Below, one piece after another: positions 39,024 through 48,930 of a DNA stretch of 64,000 bases. Each line of letters begins with the position of its first letter. The first letter of the stretch is position 1. Made by a program: the position numbers and the translations under genes. Location: positions 24,081-88,080 of the forward strand of contig JAGLWM010000002.1 of NCBI GenBank assembly GCA_023133415.1, in the 5' to 3' direction. This DNA is from Candidatus Pacearchaeota archaeon. GTDB taxonomy: Archaea > Nanobdellota > Nanobdellia > Pacearchaeales > GW2011-AR1. The notes under the pieces were generated by a model that ran no database searches, was not told where the DNA came from, and saw only the letters and a program-made list of their open reading frames with translations.

Positions 39024-40049
39024 ATGGGTATGTGTATGGATGAAAAGAGTGTGTTTTGTGAAGTGACAGGGGTATCATGTGGTTCGTCCGTGTTGGGAAA
39101 TAAAAAAGGGGACTATAAGTGGGGAATTATGTTGTCGTTGATTTTGGGTCTGATGGTTTTGAGTTTGAGTTTGTATTTTATTTTTCATGAGCTTTGGACC
39201 GAGGAAGATACGGAGAGGCAGATTTGTAGGCAGAGTATTCAGTTGAGGTCGTTGTTGCCAGATGCGACGATTGCGGGTTTTAATGTAGACTCGTTTAAGG
39301 ATGAATATCCGTTAAAGTGTAGGACGCATGTTGTGGAGATTAGTGAGAGGGAGATTAGAGAGGGTGAGGCTGGAAAGATTATTGCTGAGACTATGGCGGA
39401 GTGTTGGGCGCTTTATGATAATGGGGATGCTAGTGCCTTTCCTGCCAAGTTTTTTAAGTCGAGTACGTGTGTTCCTTGTGCTAGGATTCATTTGACGGTT
39501 GAGGCAAAAAAGGAGTTGGGAAGTAAGAAGATTGATATTCGGAAGGCTTTGGATTTGCCGATGGGTAAGGATTATTCGTATTATCTTTATTTGCGAGATT
39601 CAGGGAAAAAGTTTTCGGCGTTTGATTTTGGGAATGAAGTGCCGTTTGATTTAGAAGGTGACGGGTTTTATATTGGGAGTGATCTTACGTTTTGGGAGAA
39701 TGTTATTTTAAAAAATAAGCTTAATAATGGGGAGTTTACGGCGAGGATGAGAACTCTTGATATTTCATTGCCCAGAGTTTTTGATGCTACGAAAGGAGAC
39801 TTGCTGATTAATTATGGGATTGTTACTATTCAAGATGAAGACTTTGGTGATTATATTCCTTATTTGTTTTATTTTCAGACTGAGCAAGGAAATCCGTTTA
39901 ATGAAGTAAGTAAGGATTTTATTTTTAATTTTTGGGATTTGCTTCCGAAGGCTTTGAGTTCTCTTTGGAATGTTCCAGAAAAAGGATTGGATGCGTTTAT
40001 TAAAAGGGATATTGGTTTTTGTGAAGAGTGGGAGGGAATTCCTGCATGA
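39024..40049 (+). CDS. Secreted protein with N-terminal anchor
   Basis: NKKGDYKWGIMLSLILGLMVL. 341 aa. Confidence 0.4.
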   Translation: MGMCMDEKSVFCEVTGVSCGSSVLGNKKGDYKWGIMLSLILGLMVLSLSLYFIFHELWTEEDTERQICRQSIQLRSLLPDATIAGFNVDSFKDEYPLKCRTHVVEISEREIREGEAGKIIAETMAECWALYDNGDASAFPAKFFKSSTCVPCARIHLTVEAKKELGSKKIDIRKALDLPMGKDYSYYLYLRDSGKKFSAFDFGNEVPFDLEGDGFYIGSDLTFWENVILKNKLNNGEFTARMRTLDISLPRVFDATKGDLLINYGIVTIQDEDFGDYIPYLFYFQTEQGNPFNEVSKDFIFNFWDLLPKALSSLWNVPEKGLDAFIKRDIGFCEEWEGIPA

Positions 40050-40402
40050 TGAATAAGAGAGGTTCTCTTTTGAATGAGGTTATAATCCATGTGATTTTGA
40101 TTAGTTTGGTTTTTGCGATTTTTCTGTTTGCGATGGCGGGGCGAATTGATGGACGGGATGTTAAGCAACAGGTTTTGGAGAAGCAAATTGCGTTGTTGAT
40201 TGATTCGGCGGAGGCTGGGATGAGTTTCGAGATTAGTAAGATAAATGTAAATGGGGTTGTTGGAGAGCTTGAAATTCGGGATGGTCGGGTTTTTGTTGGG
40301 ATAGGTGGGTTTCGTTCGGTTAAGGGGTATCCTTATTTTTCTAAGTATTCAGTTGATGTTGATGAAGAGAAAGATAAATTTGTGGTGAGGGTCGAAAAAT
40401 GA
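40028..40402 (+). CDS. Pilin-like protein (class III signal)
   Basis: NKRGSLLNEVIIHVILISLVFAIF. Confidence 0.5.
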   Translation: MGGNSCMMNKRGSLLNEVIIHVILISLVFAIFLFAMAGRIDGRDVKQQVLEKQIALLIDSAEAGMSFEISKINVNGVVGELEIRDGRVFVGIGGFRSVKGYPYFSKYSVDVDEEKDKFVVRVEK

Positions 40403-41025
40403 GATTTTTCGAGGTCGCAGGTTGTAGGTCGGCCTCAAATGGGCATGACTCTACTGACTCTCAGGTCGCAGGTGGGAGGGAGAAGGGAAGAGGTGTTGGG
40501 AGGGAGTTTGGGAAGAAGGGGCAGATGGCAGAGGGGATTCATATGATATATCGGTTAATGATGGTTTCGTTGGTTGCATTTGTTGTATTTGGGGCTGGAT
40601 CATTTGTGTATACTTATTATATTGATGTTCGGGATGTTGAGGCTCGGATTTTGGCGAGAGAGGTTGTGGAGTGTTTGGTTGAGGATGGAGTTTTGGATTT
40701 GCGTGGAGATGTTGAGGGGAAGATTGAAGATTGTGGTATTGCTAGTGATGAGAGGATTTATGTTGGGGTTGAGGTTGTTGATGGGGATGGAAAAAATATA
40801 GCAAAGTTTAGCGAGGGGGATAGTGGGGCGCTTTGGATTAGGGATTTATTTGGAAAGGCTATAGTGACTGGGAATGCGGTGATGGGTCATGAGAATATTG
40901 AGGGGATTGCTATGTATAAGCCTGGGTATTACGAGGGGAATTATTCTGTTTTTGTTTTGGATGATGATGATAAATTTGAAGGGGTGATGATGATGGAGGT
41001 TTTGGTGAATTATGGGGACGAGTAG
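40399..41025 (+). CDS. Pilin-like protein
   Basis: The N-terminus of the track ORF is translated hexamer repeat. KKGQMAEGIHMIYRLMMVSLVAF is the likely real signal. Confidence 0.45.
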   Translation: MRFFEVAGCRSASNGHDSTDSQVAGGREKGRGVGREFGKKGQMAEGIHMIYRLMMVSLVAFVVFGAGSFVYTYYIDVRDVEARILAREVVECLVEDGVLDLRGDVEGKIEDCGIASDERIYVGVEVVDGDGKNIAKFSEGDSGALWIRDLFGKAIVTGNAVMGHENIEGIAMYKPGYYEGNYSVFVLDDDDKFEGVMMMEVLVNYGDE

Positions 41026-41377
41026 TTTCGGTAGTCGGTGGCACCCTTACAAATTCAAAGCAAAAATTGGTTGGGGCAGTCCCTCGGTAGTCGGTAGTCG
41101 TGGGGTGGGGAAACGGGGAGTGGTTGCGAATTTTATTGTATTTTTTGGGGCGACGATTGCGATTGTTTTGATTTTGGTTGTGTATATGATTGGGGGCGGG
41201 ATTATTAAGAAGTTGAATAAATCTGCTGCAGATATTGCGATTTATGATGAGAGTGATATTGAAATTGATAATATTTTTGATTATTCGGATCGGTATGTTT
41301 TGTTGAGTGAAGCGAAGTTTTTGGTTGCTGGAGGAAAGGGCTTGGATGATTCGTTGTTGGAGGTTGGTTATGGATAG
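41012..41377 (+). CDS. Pilin-like protein
   Basis: GKRGVVANFIVFFGATIAIVLIL. Confidence 0.45.
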   Translation: MGTSSFGSRWHPYKFKAKIGWGSPSVVGSRGVGKRGVVANFIVFFGATIAIVLILVVYMIGGGIIKKLNKSAADIAIYDESDIEIDNIFDYSDRYVLLSEAKFLVAGGKGLDDSLLEVGYG

Positions 41378-41444
41378 GGGTAGGGTGCAGGTCGGAGGTC
41401 GCAGGTCGCAGGTCGCAGGTCGGAGGTCGCAAAGAAGAGGAGAG

Positions 41445-42002
41445 ATGGGAAAACGTGGGCAGTTTTTTTCTTTTCTTTTGGTTTTGATAACTTTGGCAAT
41501 GTGTGGAACTTCTGTTGGGATTTATATGATTCAGCAAGAGGGGGTGCAGAGTTCTTTGGTTTCGCCGTTAGTTGTTTTAGAGGTTCGGGATGCTAAGGAT
41601 GTTTTTGAGATGAGGGAGGTTGAGTTGATTGAGATGAGTTTGAGGAATATGCAGAGTGAGTTTGGGACGGACGAGTTTTTGGATGAGTTTAGAGGTGTGT
41701 TTATTTCTGGGATTAGTGATGAAATGAAGAATTTTATTTTTTCGAATTTGACTTGGAAGGGTGAGGTTGTAAAGAGGGAGGATATTGAGGATGTTTTTTT
41801 GGAGAATGTTGTTTATAATGAAGGATTGAGCCGTGTCGATTCTAATGAAATGGTTTTTGGACGGGGGAAGATTGGGAAGAGTTTTGAGTTGAGGGCGTTG
41901 GATATTACTAAGACGAATTTTGCAGTTGATTTTAATTTTGAATTTGATAGAGAATATTTGATAACGAGAGAGGGTAGGGGTTTTAGGGTGGAGGCATCGT
42001 GA
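41445..42002 (+). CDS. Pilin-like protein (start moved to the Met preceded by GAGGAG)
   Basis: MGKRGQFFSFLLVLITLAM. Upstream part of the track ORF is (AGGTCGC)n repeat. Confidence 0.5.
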   Translation: MGKRGQFFSFLLVLITLAMCGTSVGIYMIQQEGVQSSLVSPLVVLEVRDAKDVFEMREVELIEMSLRNMQSEFGTDEFLDEFRGVFISGISDEMKNFIFSNLTWKGEVVKREDIEDVFLENVVYNEGLSRVDSNEMVFGRGKIGKSFELRALDITKTNFAVDFNFEFDREYLITREGRGFRVEAS

Positions 42003-42134
42003 GAATGAAATATGAAACGTCGGTGGTTGATGACACTCTCACGAATTTAAAACAAAAATCAGTTGGGGCAGACCCTCGGTGGTTGGATACGGCTGGATTT
42101 GATTTGTGTAGAAAAAAAATAAGGGAGGTGGAAG

Positions 42135-42311
42135 ATGGATTACGGAGGAGTTGATAGGCGGAAGACGAAGAAAGATTTGAAGAGGAAGCGGTTGGTTCGG
42201 GGATATAAGAGGGGTGGGAAGTTTAGGTCGGCTAATGTTGACGAGAAGAGTGGGGAGAAGAGGGACAAGATGGGGAAGGTTGTTGTGGGAAAGAAGAAAA
42301 GGAAGGTTTAA
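42135..42311 (+). CDS. Small highly basic protein (58 aa)
   Basis: Not in the ORF track. AGGGAGGTG SD-like sequence upstream. K/R-rich. Confidence 0.3.
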   Translation: MDYGGVDRRKTKKDLKRKRLVRGYKRGGKFRSANVDEKSGEKRDKMGKVVVGKKKRKV

Positions 42312-42624
42312 ATAAATTGGAAAGATTGAAGTTGTATGAGTAAAAAGGTGTTGCGGTGGTTGAATTATTTAGCTGTTGGCGTTGGGTTGACTGCATTGGG
42401 GTTTTTGATTTTTGGGATAATTAGAGCTTTGTTGGAGCTATGATGAATAAATATTTTTTAGACTGGTTGGGTAATATGATTAATTATTCTATTTTGTTAT
42501 TGATTTTTTTACGAAGTTTTAATTCGGGTTATTTTAGTTTGCTTGATATGTCATTGTCTGCTTTTGGGCTTGTTGCTTCGGTAATTATTTTTACTGTGCA
42601 TTTGATTAATGAGGAGAATTTAAA

Positions 42625-43479
42625 ATGATAGAATTTGGTTTTTTATTTTGGTTGTTTTTGGGTGGGATTATTGTTGCTGGTCTACAGGATTTGAAACGAC
42701 GCGAGGTTGATAATTGGTTGTGTTTGTTTTTGATGGTTAGTGGATTTGTGTTTGTTTTTTATGGAGCGATTTTGTCTGGAGATTCGGATGTTATTTTTCA
42801 TGCTGGGTTTTTGTTGGTTGTGATGTTTGTTATTATGAATTTGTTTTATTATGCGAGGGTTTTTGCCGGGGGAGATGCGAAACTGTTGGTTTCTATGACG
42901 GTGTTTTTTTTGGGTGCGAGTTTTTTTGGATCGATGGTTAAGGTTGGAATTTTTCTTTTGCTTTTAATGATTAGTGGTTCTGCTTATGGTTTAATTTATT
43001 CTTTAGTTTTGTATTTTAAAGATTTTAAGAAGGTGAATGCGAAGATGGGGAAATTGGCAGTTGGTAATTGGTGGTCGATGGTTGTTCTTGGTGTGGGTGT
43101 AGTTTTGATGTTGTTTGGATTTTGGAATTGGATTTTTTTTATGTTTGGGATTTTGATTTTTATTTTTCCGTTGCTCTATATTTTTGCGAGGGGGTTAGAG
43201 AATGTTTCAATGATTCGTGAGGTTTCGGGGCGGGAGCTTCAGGAGGGGGATTGGCTGGTCGAGGATGTAATTGCCAGAAATCGGGAGGTGATTAAAGCTG
43301 ATTGGGATGGTTTGAGTTTGAGTGATATTGAATTGTTGAAAAATAAAAGGAAGATTTTGATTAAAGACGGATTGCCATTTGTGCCGGCGTTTTTGATTGC
43401 GTTTTTGGGGTATGCAATATTTTTGGAAAAAATATTGGTGTATTTCGGGTTGGATATTGGGCTTTTGGTTGGAGGATAA
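42625..43479 (+). CDS. A24-family prepilin/preflagellin peptidase (FlaK/PibD-like)
   Basis: First catalytic Asp in DLKRREVDNWL after TM1. Second in the GGDAKLL motif. Confidence 0.7.
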   Translation: MIEFGFLFWLFLGGIIVAGLQDLKRREVDNWLCLFLMVSGFVFVFYGAILSGDSDVIFHAGFLLVVMFVIMNLFYYARVFAGGDAKLLVSMTVFFLGASFFGSMVKVGIFLLLLMISGSAYGLIYSLVLYFKDFKKVNAKMGKLAVGNWWSMVVLGVGVVLMLFGFWNWIFFMFGILIFIFPLLYIFARGLENVSMIREVSGRELQEGDWLVEDVIARNREVIKADWDGLSLSDIELLKNKRKILIKDGLPFVPAFLIAFLGYAIFLEKILVYFGLDIGLLVGG

Positions 43480-43480
43480 T

Positions 43481-44071
43481 TTAAGGTATTCTTGGTGGGA
43501 GGATTGGGATTTCTTCTATTTTGGGTTCTTTTGGTTTTTCTGGAATTTCTATATCCTTGGCCTTTAGTATTTCTTTTTGGAGAGATTCTAATTCTTCTTC
43601 AGAGGCTTGTTTCTTTTGGGTTTCGTCACCGTAGATTGGGATGATTTCTAAAAGTGCATGGTTCATGATTTTTAGTTCGTTGATTTTGATTTCGTTTGGA
43701 GAGAATTTGTCTTGGAGTTTTTTGCTGACTTCTTGTGTAATGAGCTTTGAGGATTCCGGAATTTTGTCGAGATGTTCTTTTGGGATAATTAGAGAGTGGC
43801 CTTTGCTTAAGGGGTTTAGTTCTAGGATTGCGATATAATTTTTGTCTTCGGCAATTTTGTAGGATGGGGTTTTGTTTGCGGCGATTGAGCAGAATATGCA
43901 TTGTCCGCCGAGGTGGGTTAGATTGTTTTGTTTGATGAAGGTCTCGATTTGTTCGTTGGTCATGGAGTTGATTTGGTCGGCTATTTGTGAACGTTTGTCT
44001 TCTGGAAAGTTGTCTAATTGGGTCAGAAGGTGTTCTTTGATTTTGGATGCTTCTTCGTTTGTAATTGGCAT
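43481..44071 (-). CDS. HIT-like family protein
   Basis: GGQCIFCSI...GHSLIIPKEHL resembles the HIT core. Confidence 0.45.
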   Translation of the reverse strand: MPITNEEASKIKEHLLTQLDNFPEDKRSQIADQINSMTNEQIETFIKQNNLTHLGGQCIFCSIAANKTPSYKIAEDKNYIAILELNPLSKGHSLIIPKEHLDKIPESSKLITQEVSKKLQDKFSPNEIKINELKIMNHALLEIIPIYGDETQKKQASEEELESLQKEILKAKDIEIPEKPKEPKIEEIPILPPRIP

Positions 44072-44237
44072 AGTTTATAAAAGGTGAAGGGGGTTATAAG
44101 TTTTGGGTTATTAAGTTTAAGTGAAGTTTTTTCTGAAACATAATGAAAGAAGAATTTGCTCGAGGGACTGAGGGTCAGTAATTCTCTATAAATTTTAGCC
44201 ATGAGGTAGGAATATTTATAAAAATTTATTTTTCAAT

Positions 44238-44567
44238 ATGTATATGAGACAGGTAGTTTTGGATATCGAAAAAGAGGCGCCAATTGGAATTGTTGGTGGG
44301 AAAGCAAGAGGAATGTTTATTTTGAAGTCTCTTGAAGAGAAATTAAACGAAGAAGTAGATGATGGAGAAAAAGTAATTATTCCTAGATTTTTTGTAGTTC
44401 CATCTTCGCTAAGTCTTTCAAATAATCATAAGAGACTTTTAGCTACAGCAGATTCATTATTTTATGGAGGCAAAGAATATGGGGAGAGATATCCTATTGA
44501 AACAGGTGAAAAGGTTAGAGTAGTAAGTGATGGAGAAAAAGGACTTGTGTTCAATCTGTCAAGATAG
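44238..44567 (+). CDS. Hypothetical protein
   Basis: ORF only. Confidence 0.3.
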   Translation: MYMRQVVLDIEKEAPIGIVGGKARGMFILKSLEEKLNEEVDDGEKVIIPRFFVVPSSLSLSNNHKRLLATADSLFYGGKEYGERYPIETGEKVRVVSDGEKGLVFNLSR

Positions 44568-44709
44568 TGGTTTTTGTGAAGTGCGAGATAAGGGCTTTCG
44601 ATTTGTTTTTTAAGAGAAATGAAAATTTGATTTCGACTAACATGAGATTATCAATGGTTTGTTATTAAAATCAAAGAGAGAATTAGAAATAAGAATTATC
44701 AGAATATTT

Positions 44710-44988
44710 TTATCCGACGACTCTTCTGTAGTCGATGAGCTCGACGGAAGAGACTCCTGGAATTTTGCTTAGTGCGTTTTCTACTTTGTCGGATTGTTCA
44801 TCTTCAGAAAGTGCAATTGTTATGATTAATGCCTTTAGTCCGAATGCGATTGGTTCTTCTTTTGCTTCATTGAAGATTCCAGACTCGAAGGATTCTACTG
44901 TTTTTTTTATTTTTGTTCTAAGTTCTTCTAGATTTATGTCTATGTTTTCAGGCATTATTTTAAATTGTATTCCTACTGTGGCCGCCAT
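44710..44988 (-). CDS. ef1b: Elongation factor 1-beta (aEF-1beta)
   Basis: IMPE...EEPIAFGLKAL...GVSSVELID matches the aEF1B family. 92 aa. Confidence 0.85.
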   Translation of the reverse strand: MAATVGIQFKIMPENIDINLEELRTKIKKTVESFESGIFNEAKEEPIAFGLKALIITIALSEDEQSDKVENALSKIPGVSSVELIDYRRVVG

Positions 44989-45065
44989 TCGTATGTGAAC
45001 CTAACGGTTTTCCTGACAAATCATTTTTCTCTTGAGGGTGATTGTTTTGCAATATTTATTTTTCA

Positions 45066-45212
45066 TCATGGGCCTTTGTATCCACATTTTGGACATTTAT
45101 ATTCGATTGAAAGACTTCTGCATTTGTCGCATCGCAGGATTTCGTTGCCGCATTTTGGGCAGGGGAATCTTACTATTTTTGATGTTTCTTTTGTACAGCT
45201 TGTGCATTTCAT
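45066..45212 (-). CDS. Zn-ribbon protein (48 aa, four CxxC)
   Basis: Not in the ORF track. MKCTSCTKE...CPKCGNE...CDKC...CPKCGY. Lies just upstream of ef1b. Confidence 0.5.
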   Translation of the reverse strand: MKCTSCTKETSKIVRFPCPKCGNEILRCDKCRSLSIEYKCPKCGYKGP

Positions 45213-45337
45213 ATTCAGTTATCTTGTTTTTGGTTTATAAGTTTTGCTGTGGCAGAAAGTTGATGGTTAAGGATTAATGATTTACAAGTGCGATGTATCC
45301 CAATAATACTTAAATAGTGAGGATGGGTTTTTGAAAT

Positions 45338-46303
45338 ATGAAAAATTATGATTTATTGGTTGATCGGATTGCCAAGTCTGCTAATTTGGAAAGGGAGGAG
45401 ATTGAGCGGAAGGTTGAGGCGAAAAAGGCGAAGTTGTCGGGGCTGATTTCAAAGGAAGGTGCGGCGCAGATTATTGCGGCTGAGTTGGGGATTAATTTTG
45501 AGGATGAGGATTTGAAGATTGCGGAGTTGATTGGTGGGCTTCGGAAGGTGAATGTTGTTGGGAAGATTATGAATATTTTTCCTGTTCGTGAGTTTGAAAA
45601 GAATGACAGGAAGGGAAAGGTTGCGAATTTTATTTTGGCGGATGATAGTGGAAGTACGAGGGTTGTTCTGTGGGATGTTAATCATATTGTGTTGATTGAG
45701 AATAAGGAGATTGAGGTGGGGGATGTTGTTGAGATTAGAAATGGGTCGACTCGGGATTCGGAGATTCATCTTTCGAGTTTTGGTGAGTTGAAGAAGAGTG
45801 AGGTTGTCATGGATGAAGTTAAGAATGCGCCGGCTGTGAGCGAGGTGAGTTTAGATGAGGTTAGGCAGGGTATGAATGTTAGGGCTCGAGGTGTTGTTGT
45901 TCAGGTTTTTCAGCCGAGATTTTATTCGGTTTGTCCGACTTGTAATAAGAAGGTGGTTAAGTCGGCAGTCGGGGATGAGAAGGGGAAGGAGGAATATAGG
46001 TGTGCTGAGCATGGAGTTGTTGAGAAGGTGGATCGTGCGATTTTGAATTTTGTTTTAGATGATGGGACAGAGAGTATGAGGGTTGTGATGTTTTCGGATC
46101 AGATTAAGCAATTGATTCCTGAAGAAGATTTAAAAGATGAGATGAAGGCTGCGGCGTTTCGGGATGATTTTTTGGGAACGGAAATTTATTTATCTGGTAG
46201 AATTAATCGTAATCAATTGTTTAATAATTTGGAAATTGTTGCCAATAATATTGAGAGGGTTGATGTGGAAAAGTTGATTGTTGAGTTAGATGATAAAAAG
46301 TAG
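45338..46303 (+). CDS. rpa: Replication protein A (ssDNA-binding, OB folds plus zinc ribbon)
   Basis: RPA-like N-terminal OB fold. CPTCNKK...CAEHG zinc motif. Confidence 0.7.
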   Translation: MKNYDLLVDRIAKSANLEREEIERKVEAKKAKLSGLISKEGAAQIIAAELGINFEDEDLKIAELIGGLRKVNVVGKIMNIFPVREFEKNDRKGKVANFILADDSGSTRVVLWDVNHIVLIENKEIEVGDVVEIRNGSTRDSEIHLSSFGELKKSEVVMDEVKNAPAVSEVSLDEVRQGMNVRARGVVVQVFQPRFYSVCPTCNKKVVKSAVGDEKGKEEYRCAEHGVVEKVDRAILNFVLDDGTESMRVVMFSDQIKQLIPEEDLKDEMKAAAFRDDFLGTEIYLSGRINRNQLFNNLEIVANNIERVDVEKLIVELDDKK

Positions 46304-46338
46304 TTGTTTTGTTATAGCTTTTTAGATGGGTTTTTAAT

Positions 46339-46818
46339 TTGAATTTTGTTTCATTGAGGATGTTATTCAGAACGCATATTGTATTTTCGCTGGCGGTTTA
46401 TTTTTTGCTTGCTTATTTTTTGGAGATGCCATTTTTTGTTTTGGGATTTGTTTTGTTTGCGATGGCGTTCGTTGATATTGATATTAAAAATAGCAAGTTT
46501 GGAAACCATTGGTATTTTCGACCATTGCAGTGGATGACGAAGCATCGGGGTGTTTTGCATAGTCTGGTTGCTTGCGTGTTTTTGAGTTTGGCTGTTGGGG
46601 CAATTAGTTTATGGGGCGGATTTGGTTTTTTTGTGGGATATGTTTCGCATTTGTTTTTAGATTGTTTGACTAGGAGTGGGGTTAAATTGTTTTGGCCGTT
46701 TAATTGGAAGGTTCGGGGTTTTGTGAAGAGTGGGGGAATTGTGGAGGAGGTTATTTTTGTTTTGTTTTTGCTGGGGGATATAGGGTTATTCGTCTGGGGA
46801 ATTATTGAGATTGTTTAG
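46339..46818 (+). CDS. Membrane-bound metal-dependent hydrolase (YdjM/DUF457-like)
   Basis: HSLVACVF...SHLFLDCLT pattern. Confidence 0.45.
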   Translation: MNFVSLRMLFRTHIVFSLAVYFLLAYFLEMPFFVLGFVLFAMAFVDIDIKNSKFGNHWYFRPLQWMTKHRGVLHSLVACVFLSLAVGAISLWGGFGFFVGYVSHLFLDCLTRSGVKLFWPFNWKVRGFVKSGGIVEEVIFVLFLLGDIGLFVWGIIEIV

Positions 46819-47003
46819 AAGTGGATGACATATCTGTTTTTGTCAAAAGTGAACGCTACATTTTTTTTGGGCTTGCGTTTTTTATTGTTTCCGTGTCTTT
46901 AATTTTTATTATTTTTTGTATTATAATAATTTAGATAGTGTATTTTATCTTGAAGTGTTAATTATTCAACAAAATTTATATAAGAGTTTCGGTGTTGATT
47001 GTG

Positions 47004-47105
47004 ATGAATAAAGAGGGGATTTCTGCTGTTGTTGCTACGGTGTTGATTATTTTGGTTACGGTTATTCTAATTTTGGACAGGGGATTATTTTGGATGATGT
47101 TATAA
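47004..47105 (+). pseudogene. Truncated archaeal pilin N-terminal fragment
   Basis: MNKEGISAVVATVLIILVTVIL then premature stop. Coordinates approximate (plus or minus 2). Confidence 0.4.
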
Positions 47106-47281
47106 TTTGGAATAAGGTTCTTGATGAGAGGGAGATTAAAAATATTTATAGGATTCAGAAATAGAAATTTAATAAATTTTTTTGATTTATGGAAGTGAAT
47201 AGTTCTTTAAATGAAGAGTTAAATCCTTGAACAATAGGTCTTTAGATTAAGGATTATTATAGGGTATTATGACGGTGTTAA

Positions 47282-48340
47282 TTGGTTCTTTTTGATGATA
47301 TAAATTCTTATAAAGGATTGGTTGTATTTTGTTGTATGGATGATGATGATAGTAAGAAAGTAAAAAAGGTTTCTAAGAAAAAGGAAGAAAAGGGGCCGCA
47401 GTTGATTGATTTGCCTGGTGTCGGGCCTGGTGCTGTTGCGAAATTGGAAGCTGCTGGGATTTATGAATTGATGGGGTTGGCTGTTTTGACTCCGGCGCAG
47501 TTGAGTGAGACTGCCGGGATGAGTGAGTCGGTTGCGCGGAAGGCGATTCAGGCTGCGCGAAAGATGATGGACATGGGTTTTGTTGATGGATTGGAGCATG
47601 AGGAGAAGAGGAAAGAATTGTTTCATATTACTACTGGATCTAAAAATTTAGATAATTTGCTTGGGGGAAAAGGGCTTGAGACGAAGTCGATCACCGAGGC
47701 CTTCGGGGCTTTTGGGTCGGGGAAAACACAATTGGCTTTGTCTCTTGCTGTTGGTGTTCAGTTGCCGATTGAGAATGGTGGCGCAAATGGGAAGGCGGTT
47801 TATATCGATACGGAGGGGACGTTTCGGCCGGAAAGGGTTAGGCAGTTTGCGGAAGGGATTGGCGCGAATCCGGAAAAGGTGTTGAAGAATATTTTAGTTG
47901 CACGGGCTTTTAATTCGGATCATCAGATGTTGTTGCTTGATAGGGTTGCAGAGTTGATTAAGGATGGTGAGCCGATTAGGTTGATGATTATTGATTCTTT
48001 GACGGCGCATTTTAGGGCGGAGTTCAGTGGTCGGGGTCAGTTGGCGGATAGACAGCAGAGATTGAATAGGTATTTGCATAATTTAATGAAGGTGGCTGAG
48101 CAGAATAATATTGCGGTTTATGTGACGAATCAGGTTATGTCGGACCCGGCGCAGTTGTTTGGAGATCCTACGAAGGCGATTGGTGGGAATATTGTTGGGC
48201 ATGCTTGTACATATCGGATGTATTTGAGGCGAGGGAAGAAAGATTCGAGAGTTTGTAAGTTGATTGATAGTCCGAATTTGCCGGATAATGAGACTGTGTT
48301 TATGATTGAGACGGATGGTTTACGAGACATCGACATTTAA
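47282..48340 (+). CDS. radA: RadA recombinase
   Basis: N-terminal HhH (LIDLPGVGPGAVAKLEAAG), Walker A GAFGSGKTQ. Alternative start at MDDDD. Confidence 0.9.
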   Translation: MVLFDDINSYKGLVVFCCMDDDDSKKVKKVSKKKEEKGPQLIDLPGVGPGAVAKLEAAGIYELMGLAVLTPAQLSETAGMSESVARKAIQAARKMMDMGFVDGLEHEEKRKELFHITTGSKNLDNLLGGKGLETKSITEAFGAFGSGKTQLALSLAVGVQLPIENGGANGKAVYIDTEGTFRPERVRQFAEGIGANPEKVLKNILVARAFNSDHQMLLLDRVAELIKDGEPIRLMIIDSLTAHFRAEFSGRGQLADRQQRLNRYLHNLMKVAEQNNIAVYVTNQVMSDPAQLFGDPTKAIGGNIVGHACTYRMYLRRGKKDSRVCKLIDSPNLPDNETVFMIETDGLRDIDI

Positions 48341-48441
48341 TTTTAATTCTTAGCGACTTATACTTCGTTGAACGAACCCTCACGTACTCTTGTACGCTAC
48401 GGAACCGTTCGCCTTGCCTAAGTCTGCTAAGAATTAAAATT
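48339..48441. repeat. 103-bp element flanked by perfect 16-bp inverted repeat AATTTTAATTCTTAGC / GCTAAGAATTAAAATT with internal CGTAC-TCTT-GTACG hairpin
   Basis: Directly visible. TAAGTCTGCTA recurs at about 48505. Confidence 0.6.
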
Positions 48442-48930
48442 GTTGTTTTGGGATGTATGTATTTTTTGTAAAAGGTGGCTTTTGTGTACCGTCCGTCTTA
48501 TCTAAGTCTGCTACCTGAAATTTGAAGAGTATTCCGAATTATTATATAATTACTGGGAAAGAATTAAAATTGATTGGAGGGGTGAGATATAGGATTTTTG
48601 GAAAAGTATCGAAGACCGAGGAAAGTTGGCAGGGTAAAAGGTTTTGTTAATGAGATTAAAATGTATTTTAAGGTGAGGAGTATAATTAGTTCTGCAAAAG
48701 TTTATCCAGAGAGTGCGGAGAAAGATGCTAAGGATTTGTTTAAAATTTTTTTAAGATGATGATTTCAATGGATAAAGATGGGGAGAACTCAGAACTCAGA
48801 TGATGGAAAGGGAATGGGCGGGAGCTATAGGAAGATGAGGGGATTATTAGTGGTGGAGTGGTTAAGGATTTTTAGTTGTGGTAGTGTTAAGATTTTGCAG
48901 AAGTTTTATAAAGTATTTGTTTTATAGTAT

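Noticed and set aside
44965-45277. Plus-strand ORFs 44965-45240 and 45032-45277
   Set aside because: They overlap the ef1b start and the minus-strand Zn-ribbon gene, and give Cys/Phe-rich nonsense products.
48355-48435. tRNA-like candidate between the 16-bp inverted repeats
   Set aside because: The ends could pair like an acceptor stem, but there is no T-loop (GTTCRANYC) or D-loop and no cloverleaf.
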